A stretch of DNA of 56,970 nt from an uncultured Lachnospiraceae bacterium (GTDB lineage Bacteria > Bacillota > Clostridia > Lachnospirales > Lachnospiraceae). Positions 28,646 through 39,345 of this stretch are shown here, piece after piece. The notes under the pieces are model-generated. The model was not told the DNA's origin and made no database searches. It saw only the letters and a program-made list of their open reading frames with translations. How positions within the stretch are numbered: position 1 is the stretch's first letter; each line of letters opens with the position of its first letter. The position numbers and the translations under genes are program-made. The stretch covers positions 1-56,970 of the forward strand of contig CAJTPM010000001.1 in NCBI GenBank assembly GCA_910578085.1. Reading direction: 5' to 3'.

Positions 28646-30007
28646 TCACCTCCTCCTGCAGTCCGTCTGGGCCGGGCCGTCGATCAGATGCCCCTCTTTA
28701 TCAAACCGGGAGCCGTGGCAGGGGCAGTCATAAGTTCCCTCTTCCGGATTCCATTCCAGCCTGCATCCCATATGGGGACAGTTCGGGCCGATCTCCCTAT
28801 CCCCAGCGGGCAGAAGATGCTTCATAAGCCCCTTCACCGTGTGAGCGCCATGCACCGCAAGTTCTTTCGCCGCCTGGGCTGTGAACCGTCTTCCGGGTGA
28901 AAAAATATCCACCTCGGGGCAATCCCGTCCGTCAATCAGCGCCGTCAGGATCCGCGCACTGACCATGGCCGTAGTTATTCCCCATTTTCCAAACCCTGTG
29001 GCCACATACCAGTCCGGCTTTGCCCTGGAAAACCGTCCAATATAGGGCAGCCCGTCTAACGTCATACAGTCCTGGGCTGACCAGCGAAGCACTTCATGGC
29101 ATCCGGGATAAAGCTCTTTTGCTTTTCTGCGCAGCATCTCATATCTGCACCCTCCGCCCGGTCTGTCCTTCTGATTCGTCCCGGTCCGATGGCTGCCCCC
29201 GCCAAGTAACAGCATATTCCCGCAGGAGCGGAAAGAAAGCCCCTCCCGGTCGATGCCCAGATACATGCCCTCCGGTCTCTCTACGTTTTCCAATGCCACT
29301 ACATAACTTCTCTCCTGATACATTCTGGCAAAATAATAACCCGGCACATTGACAAAAGGATAGTGGGCCGCAAACACAATATGCTCCGCCGTCACACATC
29401 CTCTGTCCGTCTCCACTCTGTGATCTTCCACCCGCAGCACTTTTGTCTGCTCGTACACCTCCACCTCCTCCGCCAGCCGCGCCAGGAATTTCAACGGATG
29501 GAATCTCGCCTGCCCTTCAAACCTTGTCACCCCTGCCACCGGAAAAGGGAGCTCACAATCTGTCCTGAAAGAAGCTTTTATGCCAAGAGACTTCGCCGCC
29601 TCCGCTTCCCTTTTCAGAACCTCCGTCTCCCTTTCGGAGTACAGGCAGGCCGGACATCTGACAAAATCGCAGTCGATCGCCTTTTCCCCGATCAGCCTTT
29701 CGTATTCTCTAATGGCTTCCTCATTCACGCGGGCGTAATGCTCCGCCATAGATCGCCCGAATGTGCGGATCAGATAGTCGTACACCAGATTGTGCTGGGA
29801 TGTGATCTTCGCCGTGGTATTTTTCGTCTGACCGCTGCAGATCCTGTCCGCCTCCAAGACGAGCGCCCGGATTCCCGCCTGTTCTAGGTAATATGCCGTT
29901 AAAATCCCCGCGAGTCCTGCTCCAATCACGACAACAGGCGCCTCCCTGTCTCCGGAAAGCGCCTCCCTTTTTCTGATTTCCATATGTTTCATCCAGACAG
30001 ATTCCAT
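28646..30007 (-). CDS. FAD-dependent oxidoreductase fused to a C-terminal Rieske [2Fe-2S] domain
   Basis: Dinucleotide-binding motif VVVIGAGLAGILTAYYL. C-terminal CPHMGC...CPCHGS Rieske ligands. Start placed at the ATG with GGAGGAGG ribosome-binding site (MESVWMKHME...). Confidence 0.75.
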   Translation of the reverse strand: MESVWMKHMEIRKREALSGDREAPVVVIGAGLAGILTAYYLEQAGIRALVLEADRICSGQTKNTTAKITSQHNLVYDYLIRTFGRSMAEHYARVNEEAIREYERLIGEKAIDCDFVRCPACLYSERETEVLKREAEAAKSLGIKASFRTDCELPFPVAGVTRFEGQARFHPLKFLARLAEEVEVYEQTKVLRVEDHRVETDRGCVTAEHIVFAAHYPFVNVPGYYFARMYQERSYVVALENVERPEGMYLGIDREGLSFRSCGNMLLLGGGSHRTGTNQKDRPGGGCRYEMLRRKAKELYPGCHEVLRWSAQDCMTLDGLPYIGRFSRAKPDWYVATGFGKWGITTAMVSARILTALIDGRDCPEVDIFSPGRRFTAQAAKELAVHGAHTVKGLMKHLLPAGDREIGPNCPHMGCRLEWNPEEGTYDCPCHGSRFDKEGHLIDGPAQTDCRRR

Positions 30008-30499
30008 CTTATGCCTCCTCCATGTCTCATCCCTGCCTGACAGTACCTGGTCAGAGATGAAGTTACTCAAACATAAGGACAGCCCACATAGTGTATCATC
30101 CTTATATTGGATAGCATATACTGAAATCCGGCTATTATACGGTTTCCGGGAAACTGCCGATGACATCCCGGATCCCTTTACCGGTATTTTCTACATTTTT
30201 CCTGCCTGCGCTCTGTATTTATCCGTTCATCTGCATTGCTTTGTTGTTTTCCCTCATACAGGACTCCGTTCACCAGATCCGCAAAAATCTCCGGATCTTC
30301 CAGATAATCGTTCTCATAGACATCTTCTCTACCCATGTCCGTCTCCTCCCTCATTCTCTTTTTCCATATAAGGGAGTCTTTTATTTTCACGAATGTGACC
30401 GGATAAATCAGAAATCCAAGAAGTTCCCAGATATGTGACTATATACTACCAAAAATAGTTATGCTTTTCAACAGTTTTTCTATAAACCTATAACCGCCC

Positions 30500-30883
30500 T
30501 TATTCACTCGTTGGTGCTGTATAGTTGCTCTGCACAGCAGCAGGAATTTCATCATATTGCACCTCTTTCCATTCAAGAACACCTCGGATCGGCATTACCG
30601 TTAAACGGATAAACGCTCCCTCTTTCAATTCCTTTGATGTTCCGAATGTAATGTCTTTTCCTTTTCCATTCTCATCGTAAGAAAATAAAGTGTATGAGTA
30701 ATCCATACTTCCGCTAAAGTTAATTACACCGCCTTTTGATTCGGTCTGTTCTATTTTACTGTTATCAATCTGTGAATAATAGTATGTGCTGCCGGTTCCC
30801 GAAAGGAACCACATACAAAAACCAATAAAACCTACAATAAGTATTACAACTGCGACAATCCCGATAGTCAGTTTTCTCTTCAT
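30500..30883 (-). CDS. YxeA-family (DUF1093) small secreted/membrane protein
   Basis: MKRKLTIGIVAVVILIV...YYYSQID... Last gene of the lantibiotic-immunity-type operon. GGAGG ribosome-binding site. Confidence 0.6.
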   Translation of the reverse strand: MKRKLTIGIVAVVILIVGFIGFCMWFLSGTGSTYYYSQIDNSKIEQTESKGGVINFSGSMDYSYTLFSYDENGKGKDITFGTSKELKEGAFIRLTVMPIRGVLEWKEVQYDEIPAAVQSNYTAPTSE

Positions 30884-30898
30884 TCCGATATCCTCCAC

Positions 30899-31711
30899 TT
30901 ACCAACCTTTTTTTGTTGTTTTTTTATGCTTTTTTGCTGCCTTAACTGATACGTTTCCTTTTGCCGTGAATACAAAAACAGCAGTAATCATCAATACTAC
31001 AATCATACTGAGCAGGCAGAGGAACACGTTCCAATGCACAGCCGCATCATAGCTTCGGTAACTGATCAGGCCTAAACTCGCAGTAACCGGATAAACATTT
31101 GCTAATGTTATATTTCCAGAGGCAAACATACCACCATAGCCATAAACAAAAGCAATAATTGTTCCAACCATGTGTCCGTTCGGGATGCGGGTGGCGAATG
31201 CAATCACAGGCATAACCGCAATATACAAAAACAGACAGTTGAGAATAATCTGGATAAATGTTTGCAATATGGATGCTACAGACATTCCAGGAAATCCCAT
31301 TATCAAATTGGCAATTACCGTAAATGCGGCACTTACCAGCCCAAAAAACAAAGACAGCAATGTACATACAAGCAGCTTTCCCCACAACAGACTGCTATAA
31401 GGAATGGGAATCGTCATAATACTTTTCAGCGTATCATCTTTCCCTTCCCTTGCTATGATATATCCGGCAATGAGGGCAATGCACATGGGGAAAATCGTTG
31501 TGGCATTATTTTTGATCACCTGTTCTGTAAAAAAGGCAAATGTCCAGACTGTTCCGTCCTTTGCTGTTGTGGAAAAAATCGTCAATACAACGGAAAGCAA
31601 CATCAGGAAAACACCCGCCCATATCATATGATACCGCTTTAACTTCCATATTTCGGTCTTAACCATGCGAACCATATCATTCATCCCCTCTCTTTTTATA
31701 CATATAATCAA
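30899..31711 (-). CDS. ABC-2 type permease (lantibiotic immunity MutG/SpaG-like)
   Basis: Six predicted TM helices. Overlaps the upstream permease gene. Confidence 0.7.
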   Translation of the reverse strand: MIICIKREGMNDMVRMVKTEIWKLKRYHMIWAGVFLMLLSVVLTIFSTTAKDGTVWTFAFFTEQVIKNNATTIFPMCIALIAGYIIAREGKDDTLKSIMTIPIPYSSLLWGKLLVCTLLSLFFGLVSAAFTVIANLIMGFPGMSVASILQTFIQIILNCLFLYIAVMPVIAFATRIPNGHMVGTIIAFVYGYGGMFASGNITLANVYPVTASLGLISYRSYDAAVHWNVFLCLLSMIVVLMITAVFVFTAKGNVSVKAAKKHKKTTKKGW

Positions 31712-32474
31712 TCACGATGACAGAAAGCAAAGCGATAACGGCTAAAATAATGATTGTCTGAAATGTAGTTGGAACCAAATATTCCAACACTCCCACACCA
31801 TTCATAGCGCCATGCGCAGTTAAATCCCCTCCAGCCCACAGGGTTGTAAGCGGGATTGGCATCAGCCAGCACATCAACTTGGGCAGTGCGCCAAAAGATG
31901 ATTCAGCCGTCATACTAAAAACACTGTAAAAAACACATAGCAAAACAGAAAATACATAGTTCTTGCTAAAGAATACCACGAGGACAATTAACGGCAGCGT
32001 CCCGGCTGTAATAAAAATCCCCATTTCCAGTGCAAAAAATAATTTGTAAGCAATGTTATCTACTTCCGCCACCAGTCCGCCGCACAGGATTGATATAAAA
32101 GCTGATGTCAGGCTAAAAAGAATCCCAAAAAAGAACAGGACAATAATCTTTGCCAAAATCATCTGTGTGCTGGTTATAGGAATGGTGCGCAGGCTTTTAA
32201 AGGTATCGTTATCCCGTTCCATAAAAAAGAGCATGGCTGCAATCACCCCGATCATACACGGCAAAAGCAATTCTATTCCAAATGCCATGACCGACTGATA
32301 ATAATCATTGAAAATCGCTATTTTGCTGTCATATTGTCCTGCCGTCTGCGGCATTGTCATCAAGTAAGTCAGCGGTATGGGAAATAAAAATGCAGAAAGA
32401 ATGACTAGCCATATAAATTTTTTGCGTTTTAATTTTGCAAATTCGCAAATAACCAGTTTAAGCAATCCCCTCAC
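31677..32474 (-). CDS. ABC-2 type permease (MutE/SpaE-like)
   Basis: Six TM helices. Overlaps the ATPase gene by 17 nt. Confidence 0.7.
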   Translation of the reverse strand: MRGLLKLVICEFAKLKRKKFIWLVILSAFLFPIPLTYLMTMPQTAGQYDSKIAIFNDYYQSVMAFGIELLLPCMIGVIAAMLFFMERDNDTFKSLRTIPITSTQMILAKIIVLFFFGILFSLTSAFISILCGGLVAEVDNIAYKLFFALEMGIFITAGTLPLIVLVVFFSKNYVFSVLLCVFYSVFSMTAESSFGALPKLMCWLMPIPLTTLWAGGDLTAHGAMNGVGVLEYLVPTTFQTIIILAVIALLSVIVIDYMYKKRGDE

Positions 32475-33381
32475 CCCCTGTTACACGTTTAAAGTAATCT
32501 TCAAGGCTTTCTTCGCAAGTATGGGCTTCCGATACTTCTAAGCCATTTTCCACAAAAGCAGTAACAATTCTTCCTATTGGTAAATCAAGATTATGCACCT
32601 GTATATTGTGGTCGTCCTGTATGGTAAACCGGCTCTCATGGAAGATACGTTCTAAAATTCTTGCCGCCTGTGCCGTATCAGAAACAATAAACCGAATATG
32701 TTTGCTGCTCTTTGCTTCCAGTTCTGCAAGACTTTCTTCTTCCAGCAGTGTACCATGGTCGATAATGCCTATATCGTCTGCCAAAAGTGCAATCTCGGAA
32801 AGGATATGGCTGGAAATCAATATTGTTTTTCCACGCTCATTGCAGAGAGCACGGATAAAGGAACGGACTTCTGCAATTCCAATCGGGTCAAGACCGTTGA
32901 TCGGTTCGTCCAAAATCAAAAGCTCCGGGTCGTGCATAATGGCAAGGGCAATCGCCAGCCGCTGCTTCATACCAAGTGAATATTGGGAAAACAGCTTTTT
33001 ATCTTTGTAAGGCAGACCAACTAAATCAAGTGCGTTTTTAATTGCGCCTCGGTTCGGCACTCCCCGCAGAGTAGCAAAAATGCGCAGATTTTCGGTGGCT
33101 GTGAGATTAGGATAGAAGCCGGGAGATTCAATCAGACTGCCAATACGGGGCAACAGCCTTTTTTCATTTGCCTGTAAGGGCTTCCCCCAAATCGTCACTT
33201 CCCCGGAAGTCGGCTGTGTAAGTCCAAGCAGCATCTTCATGGTCGTTGTCTTTCCGGCTCCATTTCTGCCAAGTAGACCATAGATACGCCCTTTTTGAAC
33301 ATGAATGTTCAGATTGGCAACACTTTTTTGTATTCCGTATTGCTTTGTAAGATTTTTCGTTTCAATTACATATTTGCTCAT
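32458..33381 (-). CDS. ABC transporter ATP-binding protein (lantibiotic-protection MutF/SpaF-like)
   Basis: Walker A GRNGAGKTT, signature LSLGMKQRLAIA, Walker B LILDEP. AAGGAGG ribosome-binding site. Confidence 0.9.
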   Translation of the reverse strand: MSKYVIETKNLTKQYGIQKSVANLNIHVQKGRIYGLLGRNGAGKTTTMKMLLGLTQPTSGEVTIWGKPLQANEKRLLPRIGSLIESPGFYPNLTATENLRIFATLRGVPNRGAIKNALDLVGLPYKDKKLFSQYSLGMKQRLAIALAIMHDPELLILDEPINGLDPIGIAEVRSFIRALCNERGKTILISSHILSEIALLADDIGIIDHGTLLEEESLAELEAKSSKHIRFIVSDTAQAARILERIFHESRFTIQDDHNIQVHNLDLPIGRIVTAFVENGLEVSEAHTCEESLEDYFKRVTGGEGIA

Positions 33382-33420
33382 TGCGAAACCTCCTTTTCAT
33401 ATCTGCCATTCTACCACGCC

Positions 33421-33464
33421 AACCTTGCATTAACCTTGCACCAATCTTGCATTAACCTTGCAAT
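33421..33464 (-). promoter_or_regulatory. Four tandem 11-bp direct repeats (AAYCTTGCAYY) abutting the -35 of the ABC operon promoter
   Basis: aaccttgcatt aaccttgcacc aatcttgcatt aaccttgcaat, ~40-85 bp upstream of the ATPase start. Minus-strand TAGAAT -10 just downstream. Confidence 0.6.
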
Positions 33465-33469
33465 TTGGA

Positions 33470-33517
33470 AAAGGCAGATTTTTACAAATAATTACTCCCG
33501 CCGTAAGGGGGCGGGAG
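33470..33517 (-). terminator. Rho-independent terminator after the HK gene
   Basis: Hairpin ctcccgcc/ggcgggag, then a U-rich tract on the minus strand. Confidence 0.6.
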
Positions 33518-33521
33518 CTGA

Positions 33522-34445
33522 TTAGTCTATCAAAGGAAAAAACAGGGTGAAAATTGTTCCTTTCCCCGGTGTGCTGTCTGCCGTTATTGTTCCGTTTAAT
33601 TTTTCAACAAGCTCATGTACGATAGACAGACCAAGACCGCTGCCTTTTTCAGACCGCCCCTTATCGCATTTATACAGCCGATCAAAAATATGCTTTAAAT
33701 CCTCCTTATCAATCCCTATTCCATTATCAGACAGGAGAATTTTTATATTCCTGTTCTGTTCCGATAAAACTATTTCAATTTTATCTGCATGGCTATGGGA
33801 GATTACATTTTGTATCAGGTTGTTTAATATCCGCATATATCCGTCCGGGTCAATCTGCACCCGGAAAGGCTGTTCTGGAATGTCAATCGTGAAATCTACT
33901 TGTACATCTTCAAATATCGGTATCCAGTCAATTAGTATATTGCGCGTCAGCTCTGTTAAATCAATCTCCGCTATGTTCATGGAAAATTCATTAGAACCTA
34001 ACTTAAACCAATCAAAAAGCACGTCTATATATTCTTTCAAGTCATGCGCTTTCCGGCGGGCAGTTTCTATATAGTCGTCACGTTCTTTTCCGTTTACAAT
34101 CCCTTTGTGTGCAGCGTCCAAATACCCAATCAGTGTGGTAAGCGGTGTCCTTACATCATGGGAAAGGCTCGTCATAAGCTGCCTGTTTGTTTCGTCCGTC
34201 TGGTGACAGGCAGAAAGCCTTTTTTCATAAGACAGGATAATATCGTTGATTGCATAAGCAAGGGGGGCAATAAGCTCATGTGTTTCTGCTAAAATACGCC
34301 TGTTTCCATTCCCATTTTTTATATCTTCCAAAGCATCAGATATTTCCGAAATCTCCTTTTTTACACGCCGGACGGTCCGCACAGAACTGCAAACAGATAA
34401 AAGGACAATCACTATTTCAATCACAATGACAGCTTCTGTATACAA
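33522..34445 (-). CDS. Sensor histidine kinase (single TM, intramembrane-sensing type)
   Basis: H-box LSHDVRTPLTTLIGY. HATPase motifs LNNLIQNVISHS and GSGLGLSIVHELV. Confidence 0.85.
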   Translation of the reverse strand: MYTEAVIVIEIVIVLLSVCSSVRTVRRVKKEISEISDALEDIKNGNGNRRILAETHELIAPLAYAINDIILSYEKRLSACHQTDETNRQLMTSLSHDVRTPLTTLIGYLDAAHKGIVNGKERDDYIETARRKAHDLKEYIDVLFDWFKLGSNEFSMNIAEIDLTELTRNILIDWIPIFEDVQVDFTIDIPEQPFRVQIDPDGYMRILNNLIQNVISHSHADKIEIVLSEQNRNIKILLSDNGIGIDKEDLKHIFDRLYKCDKGRSEKGSGLGLSIVHELVEKLNGTITADSTPGKGTIFTLFFPLID

Positions 34446-34448
34446 CGG

Positions 34449-35141
34449 TCATACCTCCTTACTGAAACGATAGCCAATCCCTTTTACTGTCTGGATATAT
34501 TTAGGGCTTCCGGGATTTTCTTCTATTTTTTTCCGTAAACGGCTAATGATTGCCATAATATTACTATCATCATACACATATTCCTCGCCCCATACTTTTT
34601 CATATATTTGCTGTTTTGTCAGTATTTTCCCTTGATTTTTAGCAAGGAACAGAAGAAGATCAAATTCTTTCGGGGGAAGTTCATATTCTCCATTTATTGT
34701 GACAATGGAACGGCTATTAAAATCAATCGTCAACCCGTCAAACTCAAATTTCTGTGTCTGTCCGTCTTTTGGGTTGAAACGGGTATAGCGTCTAATCAAT
34801 GAAACAATACGGGCAATCAGCTCGTCCATATCAAAAGGTTTTGTTAAATAATCATCGGCTCCTGCCCGCAAACCACGCACTTTTGAAGCACTGTCATTTT
34901 TTGATGTGAACATTAAAATAGGCAGACTGCTTTCCTGTCTAATCTGTTCTAATGTTTCAAAGCCATCGAAACCGGGCATCATTACGTCCAGTATGACAAG
35001 CTGGTATTCCTTTTCTTTTAGTTGCAGCAAGCCGGATTTCCCAGAATAGCAACAGTCAGCTTCTATACACTCTTGTAAAATACTTTGCTTGATTAGTGCG
35101 CAAAGCTCTCTATCATCATCAATAATTAAAACTTTATTCAT
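34449..35141 (-). CDS. OmpR-family response regulator
   Basis: MNKVLIIDDDREL...LDVMMPGFDG...DDYLTKPF...VKGIGYRF. Confidence 0.9.
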   Translation of the reverse strand: MNKVLIIDDDRELCALIKQSILQECIEADCCYSGKSGLLQLKEKEYQLVILDVMMPGFDGFETLEQIRQESSLPILMFTSKNDSASKVRGLRAGADDYLTKPFDMDELIARIVSLIRRYTRFNPKDGQTQKFEFDGLTIDFNSRSIVTINGEYELPPKEFDLLLFLAKNQGKILTKQQIYEKVWGEEYVYDDSNIMAIISRLRKKIEENPGSPKYIQTVKGIGYRFSKEV

Positions 35142-35325
35142 GTTTTTTGTTCCCTTCTGCTTTCAACCGGGCATCTGTTGGTTTTTCTGCGTCTTTTGGT
35201 ATCAGCCATAGCCGACTAAATTTTGCTACACCCGGTATGCGGTTTTCCTCACATAGCTTTTGCACCCGTCTTTCTGAAATGCCCCATTTCTTCGCCGCTT
35301 CCGGGGCAGAAATAAACTCTAACAT
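35134..35325 (-). CDS. Small excisionase/MerR-like HTH (HTH_17-type) DNA-binding protein
   Basis: MLEFISAPEAAKKWGISERRVQKLCEENRIPGVAKFSRLWLIPKDAEKP. Overlaps the RR start by 8 nt. Homologous to the N-terminus of the methyltransferase at 51952. Confidence 0.6.
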   Translation of the reverse strand: MLEFISAPEAAKKWGISERRVQKLCEENRIPGVAKFSRLWLIPKDAEKPTDARLKAEGNKKHE

Positions 35326-35746
35326 TTTCGGTCTCCCTCGCTTTCCTAAGTTCTATCACTATAATTATATACGGTTAGCCGAATAAATTCAAGAAATTAA
35401 ATAATGCTTGGCATTTTAATCGTCTTGTACGGTGTTGCAGGTAGTGAGGGAACTATCAAGAGAGTTTGGGATATTTCCCAACAAGCAAATCTGTCCGGCA
35501 AGCCGCAGACGGGCAGATTTACGGAAAAGGGTACTGTTTTCCCGTCAAAGGGAGAGTGGTTAGGGGAACGGAAAGGAAGGAAAGGGATAGGAAAAGGTGT
35601 TTTGTATATCTGTATTTCTTTTCTCTTTACTTAGTAAATTAGTATTTAATATATCTTTATTTAATTGCATTGGATTTTCCAATATCGGGCAAACTCGGTT
35701 GAGATTCTTTTGGAAAATAGGCATAGCTTCAGCACTCCTTTTGCTG

Positions 35747-35872
35747 TAGGTATGTTACGCAATAGAACGCCATTTTGCCGAGGGTAGCTATAAATCCTTA
35801 TCTCCGGCATAAACACGCCCGCAAAGCCGCTTGTAGCAAGGCTCTTTTTGTTTCTATTGCGTAACATAAGGC
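35747..35872. repeat. 17-bp perfect inverted repeat pair spanning a ~90-nt structured insert
   Basis: tatgttacgcaatagaa ... ttctattgcgtaacata. Followed by a second inverted repeat cggcgtt/aacgccg. Lies in an ~840-bp gene-free region. Confidence 0.5.
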
Positions 35873-36167
35873 TATAAAAACCGGCGTTCCCGTTCTCCCT
35901 GTTATGGGATAGAGAAACGCCGTGTCTGTGTCATATTCAATTTTCTTTTATTCGTTCAATGCTGTACTGATATTAGAGCTTGCAGAATTCCGGGCGGCAT
36001 ATCAAGGCTCTTTCCCTTAAAAGTAGTAAATTGGTACTAAATTCAGCTTGAAATCCTGCTTGTCTGCCTGTAAATCAAGGCTTTTTTGAGATAATCAACC
36101 ATTTTATAGAAATAGTGTACCTTTCACGGCGGCCGATCCGTCCTACTGTCTGGGAAGATGTATCGGC

Positions 36168-37733
<1,566 letters not shown>

Positions 37734-38070
37734 TTATCAGCCTTTCACACCGCCCGCCGTCATGCCTTCAATAAAGTAAGACTGAAAACATATAAACAGG
37801 AGCAGCACGGGAACGATAGCAAAACAGGAACCTGCTATCAATAATTTTTATACCTCCCATTGATCTTTTTTTTCCAAAATTCTGCAGTATTTCGGAATCA
37901 GTTTCTACACATGTATTGTGTACTTTCTCAATCAGCGCTGTTTCTTGAATTAATCTATAAGCTAATTCTATTATAACTTCTCCCTGTCTTTCTTTCAACT
38001 GCAAACTACTTTCCCATGAATATTTCGTTACATTACACAAAAATCCCCTGTTTCATTTATGCAAACCTTA

Positions 38071-38100
38071 ATATCAATTAAGTTTTAACTTAATTGATAT
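38071..38100. promoter_or_regulatory. 30-bp near-perfect palindrome (candidate operator) in the divergent abfA/ArsR-like intergenic region
   Basis: atatcaattaagtt-tt-aacttaattgatat. Confidence 0.55.
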
Positions 38101-38259
38101 ATTTGTTTCCATCTCCGAAAGCAGGGAAACAGCTAACTTCATCAGCAGCGGTTCATCCTGTATTATTTTTTCAATTTATATACAAAACCGCCTTTTTATG
38201 TTATAATTCCCATACTCTTTATGGAACGATTTCAGCAATAACAGGGTAGGAGAACAGAC

Positions 38260-39240
38260 ATGCAGGTATGGATTTGCGAAGAAAATATTCCTTTTTTTGA
38301 GGCGCTTTCGAGTCCTGTGCGAATCAAGATTATAGAATATCTTGCGGAAGGCGATGCAAATATTAAAGAACTGGCCGAGGCGGTAGGCGTCACCAGCGCC
38401 ATGGTCACTTCCCATATCCATAAACTGGAACAGGTCGGTCTTGTCACCTCCACCCGCTCCAAAAAAGAGGGAAAAGTATGCTCTCTTGTCAATCAGTGGT
38501 ATGCCCTGCGTCTCCCCACCGCCAATTTTCACCAGATCCAGAACTATGAGCTGAATATCGGCGTCGGCAAATATGCAAGGATTTCCGCAACACCGACCTG
38601 CGGGCTGGCAGATTCCGAAAAACTGATCCACAGTTGTGATGATCCCAAATGTTTTTATGATCCGGACCGTTTCGACGCCCAGCTTCTCTGGTTTACAAAC
38701 GGCTATGTGGAATATGAAGTGCCCAATTATGTTCCCGAAAACTTCAATATTGTGGATATTGAAATTTCTGCGGAATTATCATCGGAATATCCCAACACCA
38801 AAGACAACTGGGAATCTGATATCAATCTCTATTTAAACGGCGAAATGCTCTGTTCCTGGGTATCTCCCGGGGATTACGGAAACCGCAGAGGAAAGTACAC
38901 CCCCAGCTGGTGGCTCAGCAATCAGTACGGTCTTTTAAAGCGCTATGAGATCAACCGCCAGGGCGTCTATCTCGACAAGGAACAGCAATCCGAAAAGACG
39001 TTAGACGACTTCCACACAGAGCGAAGCGTATGGACAATACGTTTTGAAGTGTCGGATGAAAAGCGCAGGCCCGGGGGGCTGACCATTTTCGGAGAAAAAT
39101 TTGGAGATTTCGCCAGAGCCATTCAGGTAAAGGTCAATTATGAACGGTCTTCCGTATCGGCATCGGAAAAGAAAGACAGCCTGTTTGAAAATCAACCGGC
39201 TTACCGCTGGGGAAAAAAATACGCTGAAAATCAGAGATAA
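38260..39240 (+). CDS. ArsR-family HTH regulator fused to a ~230-aa C-terminal domain of unknown function
   Basis: N-terminus FEALSSPVRIKIIEYLAEGDANIKELAEAVGVTSAMVTSHIHKLEQVGLV is a classic ArsR wHTH. Rest unrecognised. Confidence 0.6.
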   Translation: MQVWICEENIPFFEALSSPVRIKIIEYLAEGDANIKELAEAVGVTSAMVTSHIHKLEQVGLVTSTRSKKEGKVCSLVNQWYALRLPTANFHQIQNYELNIGVGKYARISATPTCGLADSEKLIHSCDDPKCFYDPDRFDAQLLWFTNGYVEYEVPNYVPENFNIVDIEISAELSSEYPNTKDNWESDINLYLNGEMLCSWVSPGDYGNRRGKYTPSWWLSNQYGLLKRYEINRQGVYLDKEQQSEKTLDDFHTERSVWTIRFEVSDEKRRPGGLTIFGEKFGDFARAIQVKVNYERSSVSASEKKDSLFENQPAYRWGKKYAENQR

Positions 39241-39345
39241 TCGCTGTAAGCTTTGAGATGGCTGCTCACAGCTTTCGGGAAGACCGGATGGACTGATCCG
39301 GAATCGAAGGGGATCAGTCCATCCGGATAAAAGTTATTACCGGAA

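Noticed and set aside
33421-33464. CRISPR array
   Set aside because: Only four 11-bp abutting repeats with no spacers. No cas genes in the window.
35404-35634. 76-aa plus-strand ORF
   Set aside because: Low-complexity Gly/Lys-rich translation of a purine-rich tract. No ribosome-binding site.
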